A DNA stretch of 64,000 nucleotides from Paramoeba atlantica (taxonomy: Eukaryota; Protista; Discosea), in contig CDRNVI010000053.1 of NCBI GenBank assembly GCA_977017575.1, positions 868,001-932,000 on the forward strand. The letters are read 5' to 3'. The notes under the pieces are model-generated. The model was given only the letters and a program-made list of their open reading frames with translations, had not been told where the DNA came from and searched no databases. Positions 42,737 to 53,624 of the stretch are shown piece after piece. A program made the translations under genes and the position numbers. Every line of letters begins with the position of its first letter. Within the stretch, counting starts at the first letter, position 1.

Positions 42737-43759
42737 CCGTTACCCCCCCCCTTGCTTAGCCCCCACTTTTTGGTCCAATACCCGTACTTTGTGGTGAAGT
42801 AAGGGGGGTGGTGAAGTAAGAGGGGTGAATCAGTGATTCAAAGTTCGGTCAATTTATAGTTCTCTCGAAAAACCTCAAATTATTGAAGTATACTATGCTA
42901 TCGACATTGAGCACAATTTCCTTTTCTTGAGTGTTGTAATACCTCGTGTTGCACATTCTATATTTTATGCTTCTTTTAGTTTGTCTACGATGTCCCATGC
43001 GTTTTTAACTTTCCCCCCATGAAAATTTCTTGCAAAATTTAAGTGATGTCGCAGAACATAACTTATTGAACACCAAATTAAATTTTAGAATTACAAGACG
43101 CTGTAGAGCAACTTTATGATCAAAGCGATGATGAAACTGATATGGAAGAAAACCGTTTTGAATTAGAAATGGTACAACAAATCTAAGTCATTACGGATTG
43201 CTCCGATTGGTCACTGGCAGGCCAGACCCTTCACATATACATGTAGATTTGAAACTTTCGTGGCCGAAGTCCTCTACCTGTTTTCGTTAGTACAAGGCGG
43301 GAACAACGTGCTGCTACCAACCCGTTGCGTCGATGAACCCAAGATAATCTTCAAAAGTTACCTTTACTGCAGGTACGTAGCATTCCTGTAACCGTTATCA
43401 TTTCCCCCCGGAACGTTAAACCGGACTGTGGTTTAAAATCCCGGTATGACGGCGTCGTCTTCACCAAGAAAGTTACACCAAGAAACTTATTTATTCTTTT
43501 TTACACCAAGAACCTTTGTGCATCGATCTTTGTGCGCCATCTGTTTCCCCCCCTTTGAAGACCACTGGGCGTGGCCCTGCCTCGCCTTACCCCGATGCAA
43601 CCCCGATGCATGTAACCCCGATGCAACCCCGATGCATGTAAAGAGGTGGTAAGTTGTCTGGAGAAAAATCTGAAACCCCCCTTACTTCACCACACGTCCA
43701 GTGACTAAATGTGGTGAAGTAAGGGGGGAGGCGAAGTAAGGGGGGGGGGGGGGTAACGG
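42737..43759. mobile_element. 1023-bp MITE with TA target duplication inserted in the pogo transposase
   Basis: TA|CCGTTACCCCCCCCCTT ... AAGGGGG...GGTAACGG|TA. Removing it and one TA restores the frame D-P-D-M-R-F. Confidence 0.9.
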
Positions 43760-44417
43760 TATGCGTTTTCTTTGCGGGAACAAAACCACTGTGTCGTACT
43801 CCTACATCTTGAAATTTCTAAAAAGGTTCCATTTCCGACTCAAGTGCGTCAAGCGACAGTTTTCTTTAACTCCTGAAACGGTTGCTCGTAAATGGCAACA
43901 AATACATTGTCACCTTTACCGGTGTCTAAAAACCAGACTTTGTTCTTTCGTCCTCAATTTCGATGAAATTCCAATTACGCTCTCTGGTACAATGGGAAGC
44001 GTACGATAACAGAGGCGGGGGATCGCAATTTTCGTGTGAATCTCGACCCAAATGACTTCAAGAGAATTGGTACTCTTTTGACTGGTGTGGGTGTGATCTT
44101 GGAAACTTTTACTGTATTTCGTCTTCCTATTATTAATTTTGAAAGGTTCCCCGAAACGTTCATCTATAAGAAACGAAGCCTACGATTCCCGAACAAAAAG
44201 AGCTTGGACCCCCAAGAGTGTGGTAACATCAGTTTTTTATCAGCGAGCATTCTTGTTCGCTCGGAAGCGTGTCCTTGAGCGCCATAAAATGAGTAATGGA
44301 GTTGCAATTTTTGACTCGTGTAAAGTACACATGACGGAAACCGACTTAGACGCTATGCGTGATATCGGTTTCTTCCCCCTCATAATTCCTTCTGGCTGCA
44401 CATCTTGGCTTCAGTGG

Positions 44418-45396
44418 ACACTATGCAGTTATCCTGTGCCATTATGTGCTATCCTGTGCCATTTCGTGCCATCCTGTGCCATCCAGAGCGAAGATTTTTG
44501 GCACAATGTCCACCTTTGGTGCTCGCCTTCATGTGGATCTTGGTACCCGTTTACAAGAAAAAGCGGGGTGGTTCCAAGCACTATACCCTTCCTGCTTATG
44601 AGTTCCCTGGTTTTGAGAAAAAGGAGCTCAGAAGCGTACCAGACCAGAATTCGAGCCATAAAAAAACGAAAATAGGGGCCCGCGGCGCTTCGCGCCGCGG
44701 GTTCTCCTTGACAATATTGCTGGCGCTAAAATGATTATCCGCTCAGTGAGCGAGTCTGTAGAGCAGCCTGACGTATGGTTGTTGGGATTTTTATGAATTT
44801 TGGTTCTGTGCAAAAAACAGATCGCTTCGCGAAAAGTGGGTACAAAAACATTCGCCTTAGAAAAAGGAACTCATAAGCGCACCAGAATTGGGGGAACTCA
44901 TAGGCAGTAACAACTATAAGTACAAGTTTGTAGTCGCTCCATTAAACGCGGTGGTTAACGTTTTTTATATTACGTTACTTCTCTCCCATAAGTTCAAAAG
45001 AGTTCATGACTCGAGGATAGTGAGGTTAAGAGAATCGGAAGAAGCCGTTCTTTCCGTACAATTCTTATCATAAACAATGAAATGATCTAAGTTAGTTTGC
45101 TTCAATTCATCATCACTTCAATTCATCATTCTACGACCGCGGTTTTTTCTCAAGAGAAGAATAGGGTAGCTGGGAGATTGTGCTTACTTACCTCCCCACT
45201 CGTAACGTAAATACACCTCCAAATTATGAATTATCAAACAATATGCAAAACTACAGTACAAAAGAGCATCCGAAAATATACTCCAATTTAAAAGGCTACT
45301 TAGGAGGAAGATTCCTAAAACTAGACTCGCCGTGCCATCCTGTGCCATTTCGTGCAATCCTGTGCCATCCACAGGGAGGGTAAACTTGCACAGTGT
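44418..45396. mobile_element. ~980-bp composite insertion splitting the pogo catalytic motif
   Basis: Ends ACACTATGCA / TGCACAGTGT. 10-bp ATCCTGTGCC-type tandem arrays near both ends. Inner inverted repeat at 44592-44607 / 44892-44907. Removal joins SWLQW to IDTDFA. Confidence 0.65.
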
Positions 45397-46005
45397 CCAA
45401 TGGATTGACACGGATTTTGCCTCGTGCTACAAAGGAAAACATTTCCAGTTGTATTCCGCAGTGCATGCAGTGAAACTAACTGCTCGTCAGAAGCGTGCCT
45501 TTCCACCGTCTTGTCGCCGGTGCTGTGGAGTCCTCCTTATTTCGACCGGATGTTGTTCTTGCTGCATTTAACAGATTAGGTTACCTTGATCCTTGCAAAG
45601 CTTCCATTAGAAATATTGATTATCGGTTTGAGGAGCCAGACGATGTGGTACCTCCAATGGCACAAAGCGAAATGCACGGGAACGCGATAACATCGATCGG
45701 GCATCGCATGCGTTATTACAAAACAGAATGCCTGCTAAGCAACGCAAGATTACAGAGCTCGTAAAAGTTCAACAGGACCAAGACAGTGTTGCTAAACATT
45801 AAAAAAATGTGAACAATACGTGGAAATTACGCGACTTATTCACAATGACGGTGTGAATCACATCACGCGCTGACTGCGCAGACTCCTATGATGTCACCAA
45901 TTATTGTTCTCCACCTGTATTTCACTTTCCTTTACAATTTTTTGTTTTAGTTTTTTTATAACAACTATAATTCAGACATTATTGGAACTTATTATATTCG
46001 GTTAT

Positions 46006-48021
46006 ATGGACAATAGCGCCGGCACGGCGAACTCCACAACTCCACGTGCGAGACAACCATCAATATCTTTGAACAAACATTCTGACGAGAAACACGACTA
46101 TTTCTCGGCGCGTTCGCTGGAACTTTGTGGCGGACACACCCCTGCTGTCGCTCATCACAAGAAACTCAATGTATGGCGTCTTGCAGGAATCGCTTTCGTA
46201 TTCACGTGCTCGGGTCCATTCGGAGTAGAGGCCGCTCTTCGCGCCGGTGGACCCGGTTTGGGCATGCTAGGAATTTGTCTGACGCCACTTGTTTTTGTTC
46301 TTCCTCAAATTGCAATGGTGGCAGAGCTTGCGACAATGATCCCAAGTAATCATGGCTATGTCGCGTGGGTTTCTCGCGCATTTGGATCGTTTCTTGGATT
46401 TCAGAACGCGTTTTGTTCCATGCTTGCTAATTTCGTCGACATGGCTGTATACACTGCGCTTTTCAGCGCGTATCTCTTCGTCCGATTCGCTCCTGATGCC
46501 CCTTTTTTTGCCCAATACCTAGTCCGTTTGGTGTGCGTGATTGTCGCCACCTTGTTTGCGCTTCTTGAGTCCAAACACGTTGCCGAAATTAGCGCAGCAA
46601 TTGGTTCTCTCGTCATGCTTCCCTTTGTGGTGGGCTTTTGCCTTGCCGCAAAAAGCATTCGCCCCTCCCAATGGGTTGAGCTGTGGCCGGATAAGGATTG
46701 GGCACTGTGGGGTTCCTCTCTATGCTGGCTTTTCACCGGGTGGAATTCCCTGGGCAATCTCGCCGCGGAGGTAAAATTCCCCCACGTGTACTCCCGCGGA
46801 ATGGGTATTGCCATTGTGCTTGACGTCCTTGCCTATCTTGTAACCGTCGCCGCTGCTCTCACCGTTCCCCCCTCCAAGGTTGTAGGGGAAAAGATCTGGG
46901 GCGACGGCTACCTTGTGGTTGCAATGGAAGTGATTCTCCCAGGTTTGGGCACAACAATAGCAGTTGCTGCCGCTCTGAGTATATTTGGTATGCTCGTTAA
47001 TTGCATGACGTGTTACGCTCGTGCAGTTGCCGGGATGGCGGAACTGGGTTGGCTTCCTTCACTTCTGGCAAAAACGCGCCCCGGAACCCTAGTCCCGCAT
47101 AATTCCGTTTTCGCATTTACCGTGATTGTATCTATACTCTCTTTGTTTGATTTTGACTTACTTATCAAAGTGGATCTAATACTTGCGGCGGAGAGCTACA
47201 TATTAACCTTCTTGGCTTTTCTACGTCTCCGTTATACCGAAGCCGATACTCCAAGACCTTACAAAGTTCCTCTTGGTATGTTTGGAGCTTGGTCAACCAC
47301 GCTGATGAAAATTGCAGTCATGCTGTTCAGCATGTTGGCTGTTTTCCTTGATCAACCCCATATTACTGTGCCGTTGACCGTCGCCATCAATCTTCTCATT
47401 ATCGGGCTCTACATTACGATGACACACCCTCGCTTTGAAAAATTGCGTGTTCTTCTTCGATTGACTCCTATTAAAGTAGAAATGTACCCAAGAATGAAGC
47501 GCCGTCACTCCGCCCCTGCTTTATTGTTTTTTGAAAAGAGTCCACAGCAGCTTCCTGTAATTAATGAAACGGAGATTCATGCCGAACATTTTTCGATCAG
47601 TCACCTTTCTGAAAAAGGGGTAAACGCAATTACCAAGTCTGAATCCGCGGGCGGAGCACCGAAGGACTCTCCTCCACCTCGAGATCCTCAATTAAACCTT
47701 TCTATAGAACCAACGGATTCAGCAATTTTAGCATCCCACAAGGGATCGCGGAATTCTTTAGTGGACAAAAAATCCATGTTAACTGAAAATATTCTCCACG
47801 AACCATCATTGACCCCCACAGTCTCGTCCTTTTCAGAGCCTAGTCTTTCAAGTTCTATGCACGCTTTACGTGGAAGTGCTCTTTCTTCCGGAACGGAAAA
47901 TCTTGAGCATGAGGATGAATTTGAATCAAGTGGTCCACATCCCACTCTGCCTTTCTATTCGGAGCGTAAAGGACCTGATCAGACTCGTTTTTCACATTCT
48001 ATGTCAAAGAAGCCACCGTAA
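46006..48021 (+). CDS. APC-superfamily amino acid/polyamine transporter (PUT/RMV1/POT1-like)
   Basis: KKLNVWRLAGIAFVFTCSGPFGVEAAL, VAELATMIPSNHGYVAWVSRAFG, about 12 TM helices, PRPYKVP. First ATG 46006. Confidence 0.9.
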   Translation: MDNSAGTANSTTPRARQPSISLNKHSDEKHDYFSARSLELCGGHTPAVAHHKKLNVWRLAGIAFVFTCSGPFGVEAALRAGGPGLGMLGICLTPLVFVLPQIAMVAELATMIPSNHGYVAWVSRAFGSFLGFQNAFCSMLANFVDMAVYTALFSAYLFVRFAPDAPFFAQYLVRLVCVIVATLFALLESKHVAEISAAIGSLVMLPFVVGFCLAAKSIRPSQWVELWPDKDWALWGSSLCWLFTGWNSLGNLAAEVKFPHVYSRGMGIAIVLDVLAYLVTVAAALTVPPSKVVGEKIWGDGYLVVAMEVILPGLGTTIAVAAALSIFGMLVNCMTCYARAVAGMAELGWLPSLLAKTRPGTLVPHNSVFAFTVIVSILSLFDFDLLIKVDLILAAESYILTFLAFLRLRYTEADTPRPYKVPLGMFGAWSTTLMKIAVMLFSMLAVFLDQPHITVPLTVAINLLIIGLYITMTHPRFEKLRVLLRLTPIKVEMYPRMKRRHSAPALLFFEKSPQQLPVINETEIHAEHFSISHLSEKGVNAITKSESAGGAPKDSPPPRDPQLNLSIEPTDSAILASHKGSRNSLVDKKSMLTENILHEPSLTPTVSSFSEPSLSSSMHALRGSALSSGTENLEHEDEFESSGPHPTLPFYSERKGPDQTRFSHSMSKKPP

Positions 48022-48465
48022 TAAGCAGGACATCTGTGCTGTCCTTTCTTCCATTATTAAATCAAACCCATCAAAAGTAACATTCTTGATGTGTATGCAT
48101 CGCTGGTATCTCTGTAGTAGAAGAGTGTCTTACAGTAGTTCCATAAAACACGTAAAACATATAGTTTATAAAGTTTTGTTTAATATCATGCCTTAATATA
48201 ACTATCACAATAGTATTATCTTTCGTCACATACCTCAGACTATATCTGGCATTTTTTGCCACACTTTTCTCCTTGCACCGGATGGTTTTTCTCTTGGAAT
48301 GGGCTGAGAATATAGTATTTTTCTTTTCTAAACAATCCACTTGCATGTACTGTACATTTTATGTACTTTATGTACTTTTATGTTCGCTATATTTTTGATC
48401 GGTGTTTCAAAGTTTGTTGAATCATCCTCTTGTTTCATTTGTATGCTCGGTTTTTGTTCTTTACC

Positions 48466-49572
48466 ATGAAAGTTGTGTTCACGCAAATGTCTTCCTACTG
48501 GTTTCTTCTTGCTTTGCTAAGTGTTTATTGCGTGGAGGGCAACGCCTCAGACGCTCCAAAAGCCCGGATGGATGGCACCGTCGAGCTCTCTACCTCAAGT
48601 TTTGACGCTTTTGTCGGTCATAATCGCGCAGCGTTGGTACAGTTTCACACTCCGTGGTGTCGTCGTTGCGAACATTTCGCTCTGGAATACGCTCGTGTTG
48701 GAAACGCAGCGAAGAATTCTGACAAAGTTGTGGTGGCAACGCTAAATGCTGAACAATTTCCTGAAATTGCAGAACGTTTCTCTGTTTCTGGTTACCCAAC
48801 TTATTTGTTCTTTTCCTCGGGAAGCCTGGACCCAGAGCCGATAGAACAACCCGCAGACGCAGTGACGTTAACGAAAATCTTAAATGATAAAGTTCATGGT
48901 TGTGACCTAAAGCTCTCTCAGGAACAGAGTTACGTAAAGGAATTGGATCCGAGCACATTTTACTCCGTAGCACTCAATCCATCGAAACACGTTTTCGTTG
49001 AGTTTTATGCAACGTGGTGTGAACGGTGCGCAAGGATTGCGCCAAATTACGAAAGATTGGGGCTTACTTATGTCAATGAGCCAGATGTCGTGATTGCTCG
49101 AATCGAGTGCACTGAGTCTGCAAGCAAGGACATTGGACACAAATATGGGATGCAGGGCTTTCCTTATTTTGTGTGGTTTCCAAAGGACAATAAGAAAGGC
49201 ACGCCTTATCATAGCACACTTCATATTTCTGGATTGGTTCAATTTGTGAACAATGGAGCGGGGATTCGTCGTCAAGTTGGTGGAGATTTGGACATTGCTG
49301 AAGGAACCACCCATGAGCTGCGTCAACTTGCTCTAAAATACATGAAAGCTGATGATGAAGCTCGAAAAGACATTCTTGATGTAGTAAAAAAAGACCCGGA
49401 TAGACGAGCTCAATCCTATGCAAAAATTATGGAGCGGATTGAAAAAGATGGAGAAGGATACGTCGACAAAGAAAATAGTCGACTGAAACGCATGCTTGGA
49501 GGAAAGAGTTTGAACATGGAGACAGTTGATGAGTTTCAGAAGAAGATAAATGTCTTAACATGTTTCAAATAA
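48466..49572 (+). CDS. protein disulfide isomerase, a-a'-D (ERp38/P5-like with ERp29-C domain)
   Basis: Signal peptide, two thioredoxin domains (FHTPWCRRC, FYATWCERC) and C-terminal ERp29-type helices (YAKIMERIEKDGEGYVDKENSRLKRML). Confidence 0.88.
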   Translation: MKVVFTQMSSYWFLLALLSVYCVEGNASDAPKARMDGTVELSTSSFDAFVGHNRAALVQFHTPWCRRCEHFALEYARVGNAAKNSDKVVVATLNAEQFPEIAERFSVSGYPTYLFFSSGSLDPEPIEQPADAVTLTKILNDKVHGCDLKLSQEQSYVKELDPSTFYSVALNPSKHVFVEFYATWCERCARIAPNYERLGLTYVNEPDVVIARIECTESASKDIGHKYGMQGFPYFVWFPKDNKKGTPYHSTLHISGLVQFVNNGAGIRRQVGGDLDIAEGTTHELRQLALKYMKADDEARKDILDVVKKDPDRRAQSYAKIMERIEKDGEGYVDKENSRLKRMLGGKSLNMETVDEFQKKINVLTCFK

Positions 49573-50026
49573 AATTGACTTTTGTCGAAGTTCTCTTACT
49601 TTCTTTTGGTGTTGCTACTTTTTGTGTAAAACCAAGCACTTATTGATATTTTTATACCATTTAGAAATCAAAGTACAGTGCCCGTATACAGTCCCCGTAA
49701 ATTTTTGTGCAATAAAAATACTGCAAAATAGAAATGTGAAATGTTAATTCGTGAACAAATTTCGAAATCACGTTCGACCTTTTTTTTTGTTTTTTTTAAA
49801 CGGAGGTCCGGTTTAGCATATCTGTGACCTCATACCATACTGGGGGGGATTGTGGTTTGTCATACTCAGTGCAACAAAAATGAGAAAAATATGGGTGTGT
49901 TCCGGATGTCAGTATTTTCGCATACTCAGTGCAACACTGTTTTTTCGGTCGGACAGCACCACGAACGGACACGGGATTGTGTGAGACATGTTAAGAAACA
50001 ATGGATTAAGAAAACAATTGCGGTGG

Positions 50027-51066
50027 ACAACTACCGCTCTACCCTCGATTATTGAAAAAAAGGTGAACAAAAACAGTGAAAATATAAAGAGGAACACAGT
50101 AATAAAATAAATATAATTTATAATAGAAGAAAAAAATATAAAAGGGGGCCCCGGGGTCACTTTACACGTCAAATACCCCTGGACAAATAAATTGCCTATG
50201 GACAGATAAAATGACAATGGACAGATAAAATGCTGCTAATAAAAAAGGTCGGCTTCAGTACCATCTGCACAGATGGCGGCCAAAGTAAAGGAATATTGCA
50301 TGATTCAAGGAATATTGCATAAGTCAAGGAATATTGCATAAGTCAGGGAATATTGCATAAGTCAGGGAATATTGCATAAGTCAGGAACCATTGAAATTAA
50401 AGCCCTTGCACTTCTCTCCTGCACCCGGTGAGGCCACAGAGTTGCGAGAGGCTTCCATACCCCACAACTACCACCTTCCCCCCCTATTTAGCGGGGTTGC
50501 GCACTGAGAACCTATGTCTACCCCTTCCGCAGGATTGTCCAGAGTCAAGACCCAACCGTGAGCGGACCCCACTTCTGGAGGCAAAAGCTCCAGCGTGCGG
50601 GCCGCGCACTGAGAATCTATGTCTAGGATTGTGCAACGCGGACAAACATCGCGGGTGAGCTCACAGAGAAGTTGAAAGCTGTGTGACCTAATTTACCCGT
50701 CCGGAGGAGCTCCACCACTGATGAGTATGGCGTGGGAAGATTTATGGATGGGAGGCAATTTTTCTGTCCAAAGGCACTTTATTTGTCCAAAGGCATTTTA
50801 TCTGTCCAAAGGCATTGGTCCTGTCCGGCCGCCGGGCCACGGTGGCCCAAAACTGAAATAAAAAATTGAAAAAAATGGGGGGTCCAGGGGGGTGGGGCAT
50901 ACGTCGCGAATTTTTTTATCAAATTTTCGCTTTTCAAAATCGAGCGCAGGGAAGTGGTAGAGTAGGCCGCGGCGATAATTTTCCACCTCCCCTCCTTGGG
51001 GGTGACCCCCCCTGGTACACGCAGGAGGGGTCCGACAACGTCAAAATTTCCGAATTTTTTGGGTGG
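50027..51066 (-). mobile_element. diverged relative of the ~890-bp element, interrupted at ~50156-50840 by a foldback insertion
   Basis: 50027-50155 matches the element 3' end in reverse, and homology resumes at ~50841 (GGTGGCCCAAAACTG). The insertion carries TGGACAGATAAAATG x3 on the left and CATTTTATCTGTCCA x3 on the right. Confidence 0.65.
50290..50384. repeat. tandem repeat, 5 x 19 bp GGAATATTGCATAAGTCAR
   Basis: Five contiguous units read directly, with no spacers. Confidence 0.95.
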
Positions 51067-51072
51067 ACGGTA

Positions 51073-52134
51073 GGGACAAATATTTGACGAAAATTATTTT
51101 TTTTTCGAAAATGATTCAAACGTCCTTTTAAATATTTTTATGGCATTTGCAGGTTCACACACCCATTTTAAGCGTTTAAAAGAGACATCACCGCCCGCCC
51201 AGCTACCGTCACCCATCCCAGCCACGATCCCCCATCCAGCCACCCGCTCAGCCCCTCGAACCAAATCTCGCTTACTGGGGCCAATCTCTCTTACGGGACT
51301 TACGGTAATAGTGGGCGGTCTACGGTAACACTCCGAGAAATTCGACCAGTCAGCTATCCACAAGGAAGAACAATGAGTAGTGACCCACACAGCTGCTGCT
51401 ATCCAAGAAACGCCCAAGCCCGGGGTATGCCAGTTTCCCTGACGGCCTCACATTAGGCACCCAGACCCTCCGAATAGGTCTGGGGGACCGACTCGGACCC
51501 CCCCCCCGCATGGAACCAACTCCAGTACCCGATGTGGTCGTTAAACAACGTTAAACACGTCGGCAGAAACTGGTAGAGGCGTTCGGACCTCGCACCCCCA
51601 AACCTCTGCGAAGGGCCTATTGTGTCACCCTTGAAGGAGGGTGGCAACTTCCCGAAGGGGGAACATCCTGAGGGAGCCAGCGGCCAGCTGGGGCGACCCG
51701 GTGCCCTTCATTCACTCAGAAACGCATTTGCCGTCCTGCGATAGTCATCTGCGTTTTTCAGGTAAGAAAATGCTGATTTCATGTGGATCAAAGCGTCGAA
51801 ACTTCCTTCAGATCGCCGGGAAGAAACAAAGTAACCGATCATTCCCAAGTAATCGTCAGGGGCGCTCAAGCGCCCACAAGAACGTCTCGCCGCGCTGACT
51901 TATTGCACTTTCGACCAGAGTGTTGGATTTCTGGTGATCTACCCACGGGAAAAGTTTCGATAGAGTGAATTACTATGCCATTTAACTAAAGAAGTGTGGT
52001 GCAACAAGTTAATAAAATTATGCGCTCAGAGACGCTGAAAATGGCTGCATGAATACGAAAATGATTTGAAAACTTTTAAAAAAATATTGTGAGCGATTTC
52101 GAAAAAAATCAATTTTTCGTCAAATATTTGTCCC
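51073..52134. mobile_element. ~1.06-kb TA-flanked TIR element carrying a retroelement-derived fragment
   Basis: TA|GGGACAAATATTTGACGAAAA ... TTTTCGTCAAATATTTGTCCC|TA. The interior 51515-51720 is homologous to 1305-1500. Confidence 0.7.
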
Positions 52135-52366
52135 TACCACCCTTTTTGGGGTTACCAAAAGAAAGCTCTGCGAGAGCTCTCGAATGCGCTATTATTTTCC
52201 AAAATTGGCCAAGTTATAAGAATTTTGACCCCCCCCATATTTTCGTGCACACCCCTGTATTCACTAAAACGAGCGTAATAAACTCCTGGACACCCCTCTT
52301 TATGTTGTTTTTTATAGGTCGTCTTTCCTTTTATTTTTTTATTTGCGGCAGCTATATTCCAATTTT

Positions 52367-52732
52367 ATGGTAGCTGAATCTATCGTGGATGATTCTCGTT
52401 CCGTAGATGATTCTCTTCCTCATCTTGACATTTTGCCTCTTTCTGCCTTGAAAAGCTCTTCAAATTGTAATGTCGAAGTAGAGCTCAAAAATGGAGAAAT
52501 TTTGATCGGTTCTCTGATTACAGCTGACACGTGGATGAACCTTTTTATGGCGCGCGTTCAACGTATTTCGTCGGATGGAAGTCATTTTTGGTCTTTGAAG
52601 GAGTGCTGTATCCGAGGCAGCTCTATTTCATCTCTGCGACTTGACTCCTCGTGTATACAGCTTTCTGTTGCGCAGAACGCCGCTCGAGAGAAATACAGAA
52701 AAACCAAGTTGGCTCAAAACCTCTCTTTGTGA
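52367..52732 (+). CDS. LSM4: U6 snRNA-associated Sm-like protein LSm4
   Basis: ILPLSAL...VEVELKNGE..GSLITADTWMNL...SSDGSHFWSLKECCIRGSSI matches LSm4 Sm1/Sm2 motifs. Confidence 0.88.
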   Translation: MVAESIVDDSRSVDDSLPHLDILPLSALKSSSNCNVEVELKNGEILIGSLITADTWMNLFMARVQRISSDGSHFWSLKECCIRGSSISSLRLDSSCIQLSVAQNAAREKYRKTKLAQNLSL

Positions 52733-52929
52733 GAAAATCGCTTAAAAAATAAATTTGTTTCACATCTAATGATAATGATAACATCACACACAGTTTGTTT
52801 TAAGCCATTTGAGCTCAAAGATGTAACACCTCAAACATGTAATAAACGGGGGTCCGGGATCATAACACACAGGGGGGAAAAACAGTTACGGTGGAATATT
52901 CAAATACGAGTGGATTGCGGTGCTTGTAT

Positions 52930-53048
52930 TTTTCTTTTTTAGGCTCTTCGTTAAACGCGGTGGTTGTTTTCAACTTAGAAGTCACTCATGCTGCGCTCTT
53001 CGCGTTAAACATAACCACCGCGTTTAACGAAGAGGCTAAAAAAGAAAA
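52930..53048 (+). repeat. 119-bp palindrome (terminus of a diverged ~890-bp-family copy)
   Basis: TTTTCTTTTTTAGGCTCTTCGTTAAACGCGG arm and its inverse, with the same loop as in copy 1. Confidence 0.85.
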
Positions 53049-53303
53049 ATTGCCAAAATATCATGAATGAAAAGAGAGTCCGTATAGCTCCTTTTCCTGT
53101 GGCGGAAGAAGCCCAAGCAAAAAACTGAAAACTAAGTTTTCTTCCGCGAAATAAACACCCCCAATGGAAAGTGAACCACCTCTTTTTTCGTACAAGTGTC
53201 CGTTTGAGCTGATTTTTGTTGCATTTTGCAGATCTCAACACAGAGACTTTGCGCGAGAAGGAATGAAACTAAAAGAAGAGAATACGTATAATTTAGAGAG
53301 AAA

Positions 53304-53624
53304 TTACCATTTTGTCACTTTTTCGCCGCTCAATTTTATACACTGTTTAAGGCGAGAGTCAAAGCTTAAGACCGTTTTGTCGATCACTTTTTGAGGCAAA
53401 GAAGACCATGCTTTACGTACACATCGGATAAGTGAAGGTTTGTTCGCTGGGGTTTGTTCGTCTACTGCCTCTTGAACCATAGACCAGACGTTTTCTATGG
53501 GGGAAAGGTCTGGTGAATTGGGGGGCCAATTTTTTAATACATCTTTCATTCTACCTGTAGTGTAGTCCTTAGAGGCATGGGCGGTATGTGCCGTGGCCCC
53601 ATCTTGTTGAAAATTACAATTCAT
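53304..53624 (-). pseudogene. Tc1/IS630-like transposase C-terminal fragment (DD35E)
   Basis: FQQDGATAHTA...WPPNSPDLSPIENVW; I count 35 residues between D and E. N-terminal half is missing. Confidence 0.92.

Larger units (their letters stand above)
42218..45720 (+). pseudogene. pogo-like (HTH_Tc5 + DDE_1) transposase pseudogene, DD35D, split by nested insertions
   Basis: Fragments: FVEAKRASGEFVSPAIVHEEA|MRFL..SYSYILKFLKRFHF (Tc5 HTH), VLNFDEIP (D1), AIFDSCKVH (D2), IPSGCTSWLQW|IDTDFASCYK (D3). Stops and frameshifts are present. Imperfect inverted ends TATTGTTCACATTTTTT at 41643 and 45802-45818. Confidence 0.85.

Noticed and set aside
1-49572. Reassigned genetic code (Blastocrithidia-like)
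   Set aside because: Conserved proteins translate full length with the standard code, and TAA, TAG and TGA all serve as terminators.
50290-50384. Possible CRISPR array
   Set aside because: The 19-bp units are contiguous with no unique spacers, there are no cas genes, and the context is eukaryotic.
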